From positions 10,994,969 to 11,058,968 of the forward strand of contig CM119270.1 in NCBI GenBank assembly GCA_051294375.1: a stretch of DNA of 64,000 nucleotides, written 5' to 3'. Positions 28,749-54,677 of the stretch are shown here, one piece after another. A program made the position numbers and the translations under genes. Each line of letters begins with the position of its first letter. Position 1 is the first letter of the stretch. Source of the stretch: Paraspadella gotoi. Lineage: Eukaryota > Animalia > Chaetognatha. The notes under the pieces were generated by a model. It did no database searches. It was given only the letters and a program-made list of their open reading frames with translations, and had not been told where the DNA came from.

Positions 28749-30286
28749 AGGTCCGGACTACGCGGAGATCTGACTCCCTGAATCATCTCTTCCCGGGGGA
28801 AGGGCCTCAGAATGACACAATGAAGGCTTTTGGGCAGAGGGCGCGCCCGATGACTTTATCTAGAAGGTATTCTGCTTGAGAAATGAGCATGCCCGATGTT
28901 TGATCGTGTATAAATTTTTAAACATCCTTTTTCGATGGACAGCTTATTTATCTATGGGTTAACATTAGATTAGAGGGTTGTCTTTGTCTGAGCGCGGCCC
29001 TGGACTTGATACCTGCTTTCAACAAATGAACATCCTCTCCTGTCCAGATTCTTCTGTATTGTCTACATCCCTTCGCAACTTCCATCATAGTTTCTGCCAG
29101 GGGAACCCAGCTCGATTCGTATTTGTTTATTTTGGCGAACCGTTCAAAAGTGTGTATTTTTCTCAGGTACTATCAACAATCCTCCGTACATTAATTAATT
29201 ATAATTTTTAAAATATTAAATAAATTTAAGAGATGAAAAACGACGCAACGGTGGATATTATCCACTTGCTCACAATGATGATTTTCGCAGATCAAGTTCC
29301 CTCAGCAAGGGTCCATGAAAAAGAGCGACGAAGCGACTTCAACGTGTACTTAAATTTATCGGTCGGTCTACATTAAAAATTATCTCATGATTTATTTGCT
29401 TCGAGAAAATCATATCAAAGAACTGTATTCAACTTCTACAATTTTACTTGACTTTATTTGGGGCGGGAATCCGATGAAAAGAGATTACAATCACGATCCA
29501 CGTTATGCGGAAACGGCAGCGCGAAACCAGGGGGCTGATCACGTGATATCGAAGCAGGTCTTCAACTTTTTCTCCTTCCGAAATCGATCTTTTTTCTTCC
29601 GATCTCGATTTTCGACTCAGCGAGCCTCGCGCAGAGTAGGCCGCTTCGCCTTATGATATAAATTTTCAAATTTTTAATGATTCATATCCTATATTTCGAT
29701 TTGTATTTGTTCTCCGGAAGCCGTTTCCAAGAAATATAGTTTCATATACACCAATGCAAAAAAAATTGAACCGGGGAAAAAATTCCTAACGCTCGATCAC
29801 CATCGGTCCTTGATCTTAACACCGGACTCCGCGGATCGAAAACTAAACCAGACTTGATCGATCTTCGTGCGTTCGCAAACAGCTACAGCGTGGTCATTAA
29901 AAAGAGGGATACTAAAACATCCGGTCGACAATTTTTTCTTATTTATTTCCTTTGAGAAAGAAAAGTTTTTCTCTGGTTTCGACTTCGATCGAAAGACTAA
30001 AATTTTTCGATCTCTATTCATTCATTTTTTTTTCTTCTCAACTTTTTTTCTTCGCTACTTTTCGCGTTCACGACATCGGATGAATTTTTTTTTTTTGACA
30101 CTCACCAATTTCGTCAGTTTTTGTTTCCTTTCGTTCATTGGTTGTGACTTTTTGTTCATTGGATTTTCCTTGGTATAGTAAAGCAATTTGATTGAGGTAA
30201 TTCTTTCCAATCGTTACATATCGCCAATTAGGAAAGTCTTTTACCCTTCGTTCAGAAAGTTTAATTTCTGCTCAACCTCTTTTTTT

Positions 30287-30592
30287 ATGACAATCTCCTC
30301 CCGTTTCATTCGTTGGCTTTTTGTTTCGCTCTTGTTTATGACAGTCGCCGTCAATTTCAGTTGGCCAATGGCCAGTCCTTTTCCTCTTCATTCTTTCCCC
30401 GATTATGACGTTTGCTTCGATAATTTTATTTTTGGAAAATCGCGAAATAATCCTGGATATACGGTCGGTGGTTGTGAGTTGTATCCATCTTTTGGAATGA
30501 GTTGTTCGATTGTTTTTTTTTCCCCCTTTTTTTTATCTATCTTTAATATTAATGTGCTTGCTCTATGAATATTTTTTTAGTTTCTTTTTATA

Positions 30593-30638
<46 letters not shown>

Positions 30639-30650
30639 TCCTTCTTTCCT

Positions 30651-30702
<52 letters not shown>

Positions 30703-31463
30703 TTCTCTATTTTTTCGTATCTATATTTGTGAATTTTTTGAATAATCTTTTACATCTTTTTCCCTATTTTCTTCATTTTATATTATGTTTTTTTATTCAT
30801 CTTAGAGTAATTGTTTCCTCGTTCGAGTTCTCTCGCGCTCTTCGTATTTTCTTCACTTTTCCCCATTTGCGGTTTTTTTTTTTCATTTTACATTATTCTT
30901 TTTTTATATTACCCACGATTTCGATTCTCGATCGAGATCCAGTTTTCTTCTTCACCCAAACTCGTCTTAATCATTTTGAGAAGAAAAACGATAGAAGATG
31001 AAAAGAAAAACTTCGCGTGAAAAAGATTAAAAAAATGAAGATGATGAAATTGTGAAGGTGAAACCAGAGGATGCCGACAACAACGACAACAACCACAACG
31101 ACGGCGAAGAATAAAAAAAAAAAAAGATCGCCGCCGAACAACAAGAAATTCGATGGATCTCTTCCCGATTCTTCGCGCGCGTTTTTCCTTTTTTATTGTT
31201 TTGTTTTTACGATCTTATGTATGTATATTTCAGTCTTTCTTTCCGGTTTTTCGTCTTTTGTTTAATCATTCCTTTTTCAATTAACGCCCACAGATGACGA
31301 CTCCGCTCTTCCTCACGAAATCTTCGACGTCGGCGACTCACACGTCCAAAACTCGCGTCCAAACCATCGCCAACGCCAAAGCCAACCACGCCATCGCCGA
31401 CGGAAGCGCCAACGCCATTCGTCGGGCCACAAATTGCGCCACCGTAGAAGCCTTCGAATCTAG
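30287..31463 (+). CDS. Putative spliced upstream ORF (118 aa; signal-peptide-like N-terminus, Arg/His-rich C-terminus) in the nPKC leader
   Basis: Exon 30287-30473 (donor GTGAGT, phase 1) joins the acceptor cacag|31294 in frame to TAG at 31461-31463. That exon continues to donor GTGAGA (31519), which can splice to the PKC ATG exon (acceptor 32367). Confidence 0.5.
30595..30703. repeat. (TTTC)n microsatellite
   Basis: Long near-perfect TTTC tract in the intron of the upstream ORF. Confidence 0.9.
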
Positions 31464-31904
31464 AATCGTCTCGTGGAAGAGCAGAAGTCTCGAAGATTGA
31501 AATACGACGTCGAAACACGTGAGAGAATCTATTTCTATTAGTTGTTCTGTTTGTGTTTAATTGTTTATTTTAATTTGTTTAAAATTAGTTCATTTTTGTC
31601 CCGATATGATTAGTTGTTGATTGAATATGCGATATGAAGATAAGACGCTGACAAAACATGATAAATACAGAGTTTCTCAAGTGTACTGTCTCTTTAGTTA
31701 TAAAAACTGCATTTACTATAGTCGTTAGATTTAGAAGTCCATACAGTTTTATATGATGTTGTGGCGGTATATTCACACCGCCTCACGTCCATCATCGTTC
31801 AGTCAATCCCATTGGGAACACACCATCCAAGGCGTTGTGTTCCATCCACAGTTGTCCTTACAACATTCCTCTGCGTTGGCAAAGCGAGACCGTCCTAGGG
31901 TAAC

Positions 31905-31995
31905 CGCGCCAGTGACTGGAAGCCCCCAAAGCCAACAGTGAGATCCCCCATCCCAATAGGCATCACAGGCAAACCGGCTGTTGCCATAATGTGTT
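31905..31995 (+). mobile_element. SINE family A body/tail fragment
   Basis: GCCAGTGACTGGAAGC...GTGAGATCCCC...TCACAGGC...GTTGCCATAAT is colinear with 1658-1760. Confidence 0.55.
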
Positions 31996-32444
31996 CATTT
32001 TTAAAATCAAACGATTATATCACTTTTTATCGGCACGCAAAGCAAATTTCGAGAAAATCCTTTGTCAATTTTAAAATATTCAAATCTTTCTAACTACCTT
32101 TTTTTCAGCTACTTGTCTACATAATAATTTGTAGGCACGGTATAATGATGGTCACAGCCCTTTCCGAACATATTTTTACCATAGTCCTTCCAATTTAAGA
32201 GTAATTGATGGGTTTTAATTGAAAGATTGTTACGTACATGCAGCTGGTTTGACAGAGCCAATTGCATTAACAATACATATGAGCTGCAGTCAGCTGGAAA
32301 ATAGTTCTATCAGTAAAAATCAGTAAAAAATCACTAATCATCTAACAAAATATGCTTTTCCTGCAGTGTCCTCCGTCCTACCCAGCAACCCATCTTCCTT
32401 CCTTCCTTCTCCACCTCAACCCGCCAACCCCCAACCACCTCGAA

Positions 32445-44501
<12,057 letters not shown>

Positions 44502-46625
44502 ACGCAAGTGGAGGCGGCGTCCGGGAGCGAGGACGCGGCGGCGGCGGCGGCGGCGAAAGCGGCGTCGGGCGATCAGCGGCGATCGGCTGCGGCGTCGTCG
44601 AGTAAACCGCCGACGGCGCCGACGTCGAATCGATCGGGCGACGCCAGAACTTTCGGCGGCGCCCAAACATCGAATCGGCGTCGCCCGCGCCCGTCGCCGC
44701 ACGATCCCTCGCCCCCCGCCGCGTCCTCGCCCCACGGCGCTGGGCCTCCCGCGGCTCGGTATCCCGCGCCGGCGCCGCCCAGGGAGAGGAACGGCGCCTC
44801 CTCTTTGGCCGGACTCACCACCTCTTCCTTTTCCGACACAACCTCCTCCTCTTCCTCCTCACACAACCCCGTCGCCTGTCCCACTGACACTCCTAACAAC
44901 TCCTCCTCTGCTGTGATGCTAATAACCAGCACCTTGCCCGGTAGCACCCAAACACCCTCCGGCCCTAATTCCGAATCCGGCACGCCCGTTCTTTCCCCTT
45001 CCAGCGTCACGGGCGCTCCGGTCGTTCACATTCGCCCCGTCGGGCACACGTCACGTTCGGCCTTTGCCGGCTTCTTCCACGGCTGGCTGCCCGGCCGCGC
45101 GGGGAAGGGTCAAGGGCCGAGCAAAGGTCGGTCGCCCAACCTGGACAGGAATCGGCGCGCCATTTCGCTCGATCCTCCGCGAGAAGACGACGAAGACGGC
45201 GCCGCTTCGCCAAAGCCAGACGACACCGCGCCACCGAACACGAAGTCGGCGTCGCATTTCCGATCGTGGTGGCGCCGGTCGAGACCCAAAACGACCGACG
45301 CCGTCGCGACCAGTTCGAACCAAGAGTCTTCTCCGCGGCGTCTATCTCTCGGAGTCCAAAAGACGTCTCATTTGGAGCCGGCGTCACTCGTCGACGTTAA
45401 CGATGAGCGGCGTCGCCATCTCGCGGAATCGACGAACGATGGCGCTGACGTCGAACGAGTCGCCGATCTCGATCCGCGATCCCCGCGTCCAGCGACAAGA
45501 GCTAGTCCGATGGACGCGTTGAGCGCAGCGCCCGATTTCAGTGACTGCAGCGTCGGCGGCGACCGCAGCGACGTCGCCAATCGTAGCGACAACACCGGCT
45601 TTTCCTGCACACCACCGATCTCACCTCGACACTCCCCGCGAATCGACGACGCGTTTGATGCGTCGCGAAGGCGTCCTCGACCGCCGCGACGAACTTCCGT
45701 CGGGGAAAGAGTCGTCATTCCCGAACTTTCATCCCCTAGACGAGGAGGCGGAGGTGGAGCCGGCCCGGACCCGCATCCACGCCCACCGCGTTCGCCACGC
45801 CACCCACCTCATTCACCTCTCTCTAAGCCTCTCACCAACTCACCCTTCACCCTCACATGCGACAACTCTTCGTCGGGACTTTTCACCTCTTTAGCAACGA
45901 CGGTCAGTAACAACGACGACGACGACGCTTCGGCGACGTCGACGTCGATACGTTCGAGATCCTCGACGCCCGCGGATCCTTCCGCTTCCTTTCATTTTCC
46001 TTCCCCGCGTGTTCCTTCCCCTTCGCACCCTTCCTTTCCGCCCGCGCACTCTGTTAACGATGAAGGCGACGACGACGATTCCCGTTTTCGTTTTCCCCAG
46101 CACGCGGATGTCCCCGCTGTCCCAGTCACCGTTTCCTTTCCCGTCCGCGCCTCTCACATTCCCGCCCGCCTTCCCATTCCCATTCTCCCCGCTGTTTCCG
46201 CTATCCCTACTAACAATCGCTACGGCCGACGAGGAAAGCGTTTCGGTCGCGCGTCGTCGGCGGAGTGCGAGGGAGCGTCGGCGCCGGACGCGGAGGACGA
46301 CGACGCCGGTTATTCTCGGCGTCGCCTCCTCCCCGGTGTCGACGCGCCCGTCCGCGACCCGCGCGGCGCCTCCGCCGAAAGTTTGACGCGGCAGCAGCTG
46401 CAGCAGCGACGATGGCGGCAGCAGCAACGACGGCTGCCGCAGCGAGACCAGGCGTGGCAGCCGTCGGGGCGACGGTTTCTCTCCCCGGAAGGATACTTGG
46501 TCGCTGCGCCGACCTCTGGGGGTCGAAGCGAGGGGGGGAGTGGAGAGGGGAGAGGGAGAGGGCGAGAAGGGCGGGGGAGGTTGTGCGGAATGAAGGCCAA
46601 GTCTTTCGAGGAGACGAGTTGTTGA
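44502..46625 (+). CDS. 707-codon in-frame extension directly after the PKC UAG (candidate readthrough extension)
   Basis: PKC ...YNPHW TAG(44499-44501) ACG CAA GTG... stays open in the same frame to TGA 46623-46625. GC-rich like the local coding exons. The first AATAAA seen is at 46711. Confidence 0.7.
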   Translation, partial: TQVEAASGSEDAAAAAAAKAASGDQRRSAAASSSKPPTAPTSNRSGDARTFGGAQTSNRRRPRPSPHDPSPPAASSPHGAGPPAARYPAPAPPRERNGASSLAGLTTSSFSDTTSSSSSSHNPVACPTDTPNNSSSAVMLITSTLPGSTQTPSGPNSESGTPVLSPSSVTGAPVVHIRPVGHTSRSAFAGFFHGWLPGRAGKGQGPSKGRSPNLDRNRRAISLDPPREDDEDGAASPKPDDTAPPNTKSASHFRSWWRRSRPKTTDAVATSSNQESSPRRLSLGVQKTSHLEPASLVDVNDERRRHLAESTNDGADVERVADLDPRSPRPATRASPMDALSAAPDFSDCSVGGDRSDVANRSDNTGFSCTPPISPRHSPRIDDAFDASRRRPRPPRRTSVGERVVIPELSSPRRGGGGGAGPDPHPRPPRSPRHPPHSPLSKPLTNSPFTLTCDNSSSGLFTSLATTVSNNDDDDASATSTSIRSRSSTPADPSASFHFPSPRVPSPSHPSFPPAHSVNDEGDDDDSRFRFPQHADVPAVPVTVSFPVRASHIPARLPIPILPAVSAIPTNNRYGRRGKRFGRASSAECEGASAPDAEDDDAGYSRRRLLPGVDAPVRDPRGASAESLTRQQLQQRRWRQQQRRLPQRDQAWQPSGRRFLSPEGYLVAAPTSGGRSEGGSGEGRGRGREGRGRLCGMKAKSFEETSC

Positions 46626-47290
46626 TCTCTTTAGTTTTTCTTTTGTTAAATGGATGAGGGTGGGGGCCGTGGGGGTCGAAAAGCGAGTATCAAGTATCGA
46701 GTTCCCAAAAAATAAAAAAATGACGTGATATAATTTTGCGAGCTTGGTTCACTCACCCAGGGGCTAATGGCATCACCTATTATGGGGATTTTAAGTCGGA
46801 GCTTTGAAAGGTGCTACACATTCTCATCGATGCCAATCTTGAAAAGTAAGATGTTTGGTTGACTTAAAAGTTCCCCTCTTCCCCTACTGACTCTTTTTTT
46901 ACGCTCACTGTATCTCTATCTCTCATTTTCGTCTTCTCATTTCATTGGCGATCGTGTTTAGGGGGTGAAAGTGAGGAAAGGCTGGTGATTCCCGGAATCC
47001 GCTCCCTTGGGGGCCGGTTGACTTAACCAGATATCAGCGTCGATTCCATAAATTTCTTTTTTCGTTAACCAATTATGAAACATCACGCTGCTGTGACTAC
47101 AAGGACGCTCCAGATCCGTACGAAGAGAAAAAGAAAAAGAAAGCAAAACAAAAATTAACGTTTCCAATTCTCTCCGTTATTTTTTTCTTTTTTCAGAGAG
47201 ATTCTAATTCTCACTCTTGTCTATTTTGTACCTAAGAAAAACTGACAGGATATATTAGGAACTAAATGGGCGTTTCATGTACAATAAATA

Positions 47291-47350
<60 letters not shown>

Positions 47351-47641
47351 ATCTCTCGTTTTTCTTTCTTCTCTATCTCTTTCTATAATTTTCTCTTTCT
47401 CTCTCTTTGAAAGAGTAAAGTTTACCGCTACAAAAATTAATGTAATGCGAAATGTACTTCACTCCTCCTTGCCAGTCACGAGGAGAAAGTTTGGATATTA
47501 ACAGAGATTCGATCGACGTTATTAGTTGTCCAATGTCATGTTCTTGTCTGTTATTGTTAGTGCGTTTCCTTTAATTATCAAATGCCTATTCCTTTTATTA
47601 CTTGTGCTACATTACTTCTTAGCCTTGGAAACGTTCGATTC

Positions 47642-47756
<115 letters not shown>

Positions 47757-49239
47757 CGTTTTTCTTTTTACCCCCACTTACTCAAATCAATATTGTTGTC
47801 AAAATATTCAGTGCCAGTGTTTTTTTTTTCTTTTTAGAGTAGCCCCTTCCCAAACAAAAAAACCCCCAAATTTAGCGAAATTAATTACCACCCAACAAAA
47901 AAAATACGAACCAAAACGATGAAATCTTTTATTTATTTATTTTTATTTCGTTCAATCGGTGATAGGCGACCGTTTTTGATAAAGATGCGCTTTTGTCAAA
48001 GAATTGTCTTTTTTTTCCGCATCGCAACGAAGCTAGCGTCGCCGAACAAAAGGGCGACTCGCAAAAAAATATATTTCTCGTCGTTCGTTCCATTTAATTC
48101 ATCGATTTGTGCATTTATTGTCCGCCGGATAATTGATATGCATTTTTATTCATTCGATACTTAATTCCTAGTTGATTGACCCATTGCCAAAAAAATTACA
48201 TTCTTTGCCTCGCTGGCCCCGTTAGCTCATTCAATTTTCTGATAGAGAATAGATTCCGAATGAAAACAATGACCTTTAAATTTCGGGGTCCGCGACGTAA
48301 TTTGTGATGTCACTCATTTTTAACATTTGATTTCACATCCTCTTTGGTCCTCTAAAAATTTTTATTGTTTTTATTTCGTAATGATTTTGAATTTCGGAAA
48401 TGCGTTGTACGATAATTTACGAAAAAAAAATGTTGCCTAGTAGAGACCGTGTTGAGTTTTAATTACACGTATGTTTAAACTTAGGAGTAGAAAAGTTATG
48501 ATTCGGAAAAACATGTTTAACTGGCTCGAGGGAGAAAATTGTATGATCAAATGTATGATCAAATGTTATTTTATACAATGTCAATGAAGAATCATTCTGA
48601 CAGCGCTGAATTGCAAAAATAACATTCCTCGGATATGCTACAGGGACTTTCATATGGAGTTTTACGGAACAACTTGTAATATAATCCCAACGAAGAGCAA
48701 TCAGGTTATAAATTGTTTTAATATTAATAGAAAAATACTTAACTTGCTAGCATTTTGGCTAGGATAATTTCTATGAATGTTATAAACATTTTAGAAGTGG
48801 ATCTTACTATTAATCCTGCAGTTCCCATTAAAACAATTTTTTTTTTTCATATTTAATTTTTTTTATTATTAAGACACTGTAGTATATGTATCACGAACCA
48901 GAATAATTTTTTTTTATAATATGAATAATACTGGATAATGATCATCAAGTTTTCCCTTTAAAAATCAATTTTAAAAAATTTCAGCTTGGGGGGAAAACAA
49001 ATTACGACAGACTACTTTGTTGATAAATAATAGTTACGATAGTAGATAAGTTGGGTTTTTATATCAGATAACTTCACAATCGGTATTAAAAATTATTAAA
49101 TTGTTAAAAACTGAAAAAAATGAAGAACAGTTAATTCGCGCTTGAGAGCCACTGTGATTATCCTATTAGATAATTTTAACATTTTTTGGGGTCAACATAA
49201 AATTCAAGTAGTTTTTTAACTAATAAATGTTATTAGTTA

Positions 49240-50963
49240 TTAGCTCGAAACCCCCACGACCTCTGTGGCTCGTGTTACATCTCCGGCTCCAGCTCCTTCA
49301 TCAGTTCCCGAGTTCCATGACCTCAAGCGGCGATTGTCAATTTGCTGCTGCCAATCAGCGTCAGGGATGCAGGAGACGCACTTAAATCGCGACTTTATTT
49401 CACGTCCGCCGGCGGAGTTTTCTATTGCAACGACGGCCACGCCCACCACGACGCCGCCCACCTAAATTTGCAAAGACCATTTCCATGAGTAAGTATAATT
49501 TTGACTGAAGATAAATTATAAATAGCAAAAAATTACACCAACAAAGGTGAGTTGTCCTGGTTTCTCCTTACCTTTTCCACGATTCTAACGGCGGCGTTGA
49601 TTGTCCCGCCCGTTTCGATCCATTGATCGACGATGACAACTTTGGTTCCCTTAACCAGAATAAAACAATTATCTAAATGTGCACCCAAACATATAAATTA
49701 ATGCCATAGATCAATTCTATAAATGTAATAAATAAAACATCACAAAGGAATCGAACTTGGAAAACCGGAATCGGATCGACGACGTGAGAGGAATCTGCAA
49801 GAGAAAGACTCGAGCTCTCTCATTGGTGAAATAACAAAAAGCATCAGCCAATGGCCAGCCGAGCTTCCATACGGACCAAAAATTGACACCGTTTTTACTG
49901 TACATTTTCTCTTTTCTTTTTTTTTTTCGTTTCGATTTCTTCCAGAATTATGTGGTTACAGGAGAGGACTCGACTCACCACGACTCCAAGAAGCCTTACC
50001 ACCGCAACCACAATTCAGTCGTTACATGTATTGGCGCAGCCACTGGTTACATTTAAATCGCTTTCAAGGGCTTAAACTGAACTGTTACTGCAGTATTAAT
50101 AATAATAAAAAAATTGTTATCATTCTTTTCAACTTGCATCATTCTTTTCAAAAATGAACGAAATTCAAGGATAAAGTAATTCGCTAAAGCGATTTACAAT
50201 CAAATGTAGCCAATCAATTTAATTGATGAAATAAAGCAGCATTATGATGCAATCAATCGATCAATCGATCAAAGCAATCAATCCCCAAGCAACCTTAGGG
50301 AAGGGATCGACGCGAATCTCCATGAGCTTGTCGCGCTTGGAGTAATCGGTGTAGGGTTCGACGACGACGTCAACGCAAAGATGAGGATGTTTGCGGATTG
50401 GCACGAATCCGACGCCGAGACGCAGAGCCAATGCGGCGCCGAGACAAAAGCCCATGGCGTCGATGCCGGCTACGACGTCTACGGAATCCTTAAAGGGAAA
50501 AGGGGAAGATATTTAACAAGATATTATATTATATTATATTATATTATTATTTATTATTATTATTACTATTTTTGATCTCTTTGAAGCAGGATAAAATTAA
50601 GCTGTAGAATACTTTGGAGATAAAATTATACAAAATGATAAAAAAAGCTAAGAAAAGGACTGAAATATGGAAAATATTTGACGATACAAAAATAAAATGA
50701 ATTGTTGACCGAAAGTGAAATTTTGAATGTTGCAATCTTTCAATTAGACAAACCTGAAGAAACGGCCTGGCAAGATCCTCCACCGCGTCTGAAAATGCCG
50801 CAGAATTCCCGTACAACCTTGATGGATCCAACCAGGCAAAGTTCGAACCCTTGGTGTTCTCGGCCATCAGATCCAGGTACCACCCTTTGGTCCGTTTCGG
50901 CAACTGTCTATTCTCTTTTGCGTTTTTTTCGCACGAATTTTCGTTGTTAACACCGTCAGACAT
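49240..50963 (-). CDS. Adenine phosphoribosyltransferase-like type I PRTase, 4 exons, 234 aa
   Basis: Exons 50963-50754, 50488-50294, 49649-49572, 49461-49240 (all phase 0). Motifs [15 protein letters not shown] and PRPP loop [13 protein letters not shown]. Confidence 0.9.
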
Positions 50964-52019
50964 TTTAGTTTATAACACGTAAAAAATAATTAAAAACTGG
51001 AGAAAAACATCGGCTTTCTAATCTATGAGTTTTTTCATTGAAGTACTTTTTTTTCCATTTAACCTTCAGTAAAGGCTCGAACGTAAACTAGACTGTCGGA
51101 TCGATTTTCCTGCTCCGAATATGATCGTTAACAGTTATCCCAGAAATCGTGTTTTTTAAAAAAAGGCAATAAAAAGAAAGAAAAAATGTCGTTTAAACTC
51201 ATACATACTGAGAGAAAAACTTTTCGATCTCTCTTTTCGCCGGGCGTAAATCCAATTATTGCCACCAAGTTGTCCGATCATTATTTTTTTAAAAGTTTTT
51301 TAATGAACGATATACATTGAGAATGCTAAAAAATCGCTATTGTATAAATATTTTGAAAGCAAAAAGTCGTAAATTAGGAATTTGGAGAGAGAAATGAAGC
51401 GAATCGACATCAATCAATTGGTTAACCTTGGTCACAAAGATACCATTCACCGAATTACTGTGAAGCCTTAGTCGTCGTCGTCGTCGTTGGCTAAAAAAAC
51501 CAAAAACTACGTTTTTATCTTTTCTCTTTTATCGACGTTTTATGATAGTTCTGAATTCATTTAATACGTTTGTTATAACGGAATATCATTTTACTTTATA
51601 AACAAAACTTTTCGTCTTTGTTATTGCTTTTTAAGTGGTTAATAAAATATTAATTAAAACTAAACCAACAATCTAATTCATTGTGACGGGGGAGGGGGAG
51701 TAACTCGAATAATTAAAAAAAATTGAAAAGTCTCATTATTTTTACAAATCCCTCTAGTGAGCTCACTATTAGGATTTGGTTTTTTTAATTAACGTTATTA
51801 GACTAAAACTTACTAAGTAATATCTATCCTGCGACTAAAAAATGATGGCTGATGTATAGTATCTTTCTATCATGCCTCTTTTTCCTTTCCCAACTCAATT
51901 TAATGTATGGAAAATTGAGTACGTAAGATTATCATTAGTAAAATATTTTTTGAACTACTGCCATCTATTAATCTCACAATCTAATTTTTTGAAAGACTTC
52001 TGGTTTCCCGTTTAGGCTT

Positions 52020-54646
52020 TTAGCTTCTCCCTGGTTCGACTTGTTTTGCCCAGTTTTCCGTCATTCCCTGTCAAGTAACCAAGTTTGAGTTTTTGCTTTT
52101 TGATTATGGAAAAAAGTCCAATCCGCTATTATCAGTTAAACCCACCTGTACTCGACAAATGTCCGCGCATTGCAATTTGGTCTTTTTACGAAACTAGAAA
52201 AAACAAGTTTGAGCAAACAATGTCGGATCTGTCCACGATCATTAGCGGTAATTAATTAATTAATTCAAGTTAATTATTTAGGCAATTATTTAATTAATTA
52301 ATTTGATCCGAAATATTTGTTTTTAGGTCTTTTTGTCACTAACCATGACAAAAGCAAACAACGATGGCGACGACGACAATAATGCCAATAACGATTGACG
52401 AGTAATTGAAATAAAGGGAAATATTTTTTTTCTCCATTTAGACTCATTTCCACTCGGATGATTCCATCAAAATTTTATATCCAGCTTAATCACACACTTC
52501 TCTACCCACACACAAAATTTCATTTTAATCCATCCATCCAATCACGAGTAATTGACGGACGGACATCATTTTTTTTCATTTATTTATCATAATTCGATGT
52601 TCTGACATGATATAAGTGAAAAATTGAGGGGGCGGACCGACGGTATGACAAAGTGGATTATAGAGTCGGGATCTGCTGATAAGCAGATCCGACTAAAAAT
52701 AAAGCACTAAAGTCCCTCTGAGGAGCATAAATTAATATTTTTGGTCAGGTAAGTTCATTTCTTCTTGCCAAGTAGTGTAACATTCTACCGCCTTAATGGT
52801 ACCGATCTGTGGCCTACAACTACAACAACAGCTTCTTCGCATACCGTCTCGTCGGCCTCGCATTTCCCAACGCATTCTTCGTAATCTCCGTCCATCCCAG
52901 CCCCATCCCTTCTTCTTCTTCCCGGTCTGTGAAGCGGTCTCGGCTGCCGCGCCGCAGCGGCCGCTGCTGCCCCTGCCACCGCCGCCATTCCCGACGCCAC
53001 CGCGCCCAAGTAACCTTGGGTTTGCCCGATGGCGTTCACGTAGGCGCCAGTGTAGGCACTTGTGGGTACGTTAGGGTCGACAGGCACGTAGACGGGAGAT
53101 GACATGCAGCACAGAGTCGAGTGAGTCTGGTATTAAATGGCGATTGCGAGATGATTAAGTTTTGAGGCGATCAAGGTGATGCGTTCGTCAATGTGTCATT
53201 GTGAAGATGCGAGAATTTCCCCGTGAAATTAAGTTCACGGGAAAATAGAGGGCAATGGAAAAACGAAATTAAAATGCGTGGTTAATTGTTTAATCGATTA
53301 GTTTAATTTCGTTGTTGTTTAGGAGCGAAAGTTTTTGGGTGCTAAGGAAGTTGCATTTAGTAAGAACGTACATGTGCGAGGGGCAGTGTTTGATGTCAGA
53401 AGCAAGTGCAAAGCAAAGAATTTGCGAGCAAGTGTGAAGCGAGGGTTGTGAAAATCGACTGAAATCAATCTTTGACCTTTTGTAATTTTAAGCTATTTCG
53501 TGATTAAAATAAATGAAAGCCTTAAGCAGAAAGGTTTTTATTTAATTCGAATCAAGTTACATAGAAACTAGTGCGAGAAAAGAATGAAAGTATCAGTCAT
53601 TAAATTACATTAAATAATTTCTATGTATAAAGGAAATCAAGCAATCGGTCTGGCCCATGCTGATGTTAGGATATACATGTCGGAGGCAAGCTCTTGAAAC
53701 GAAATGGCCGATAAATTGGCATCATCCAAAAAAACGTACAATTAAAATTGACATAACTGCATTTGAATCTTCACATTTATCGATCATTCCTTTCCAAGAC
53801 CCCTACCCTTTGAAGGCATTGAGATTATGATAAAGAGTTTTTTTTTGTCGGCCAAAATGAAAGTTTCATCCGATGTCTGACGAATGTCGTACTGTAACGT
53901 GACCCACGCGCTAAATGTCGTTTTGATCGGAGTCATTTGCTTCGTCCTAAAATCATCAAAATGTTCATATATTTTCGTACGACTTCTCCTGTAAATTAAT
54001 GAATCGTAAACTCTTATTTGCATTTTGCTGTCCGAATAAATAGTAATTAAGCAATGGATCAATTAGATGCATATAAATCTGTCTCGTCGAGCGTTAGTAT
54101 CAAATTTACTCACTTGGCAAATGTGCAAACATTTTATGAAATCCAATTGATTGACGTTATCAACTTCGTTCATCGCGGCTCCCTGCAATATCGAAATATC
54201 GGAATATCGAAATTTTATAGTTTCTTATGAAAAAAATATATAAAATTTGAATTTTGAACGTTCTTGAACGTTGTATTTTATAGTTTCGTATGAATTAGTT
54301 CATAATATTTTATTCATGAGTCCATTTAAACGGTAGTGTCTTTTGTTTTTGTTGAATTTTAATAAATTAGTTTTTACTTTTGAATTAAAAATAATAATGT
54401 TGCTTCCTTTTATACTTGAGGTTTTTTGGTTTAAAAATATGAATTTAGAACGTTCTTGAACGTTATATTTGATAGTTTCTTATGAACTAGTTCATAACAT
54501 TTTATTTCTGAGTCCATTTAAACGTTAGTGTCTGTTAGTGTTTGTTTCTGTTGAATTTTAATAGTTTAGTTTTTACTTGCTTACTGTTTTCTAGTTTTAT
54601 ACACTGATACTGTTTTTGATTTTGTCAATACTGTTTTTGGTATTAA

Positions 54647-54677
<31 letters not shown>

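Noticed and set aside
50964-51065. Acceptor just upstream of the APRT-like ATG as a trans-splice or operon signal
   Set aside because: A cis donor (AAG|GTTAAA, ~51062) lies ~65 nt upstream, consistent with an ordinary 5' UTR intron.
52785-52844. ORF-track C-terminus VCEEAVVVVVGHRSVPLRR*
   Set aside because: A good donor (ACG|GTATGC) precedes it and the next exon supplies the matching CADIC motif, so it is probably intronic.
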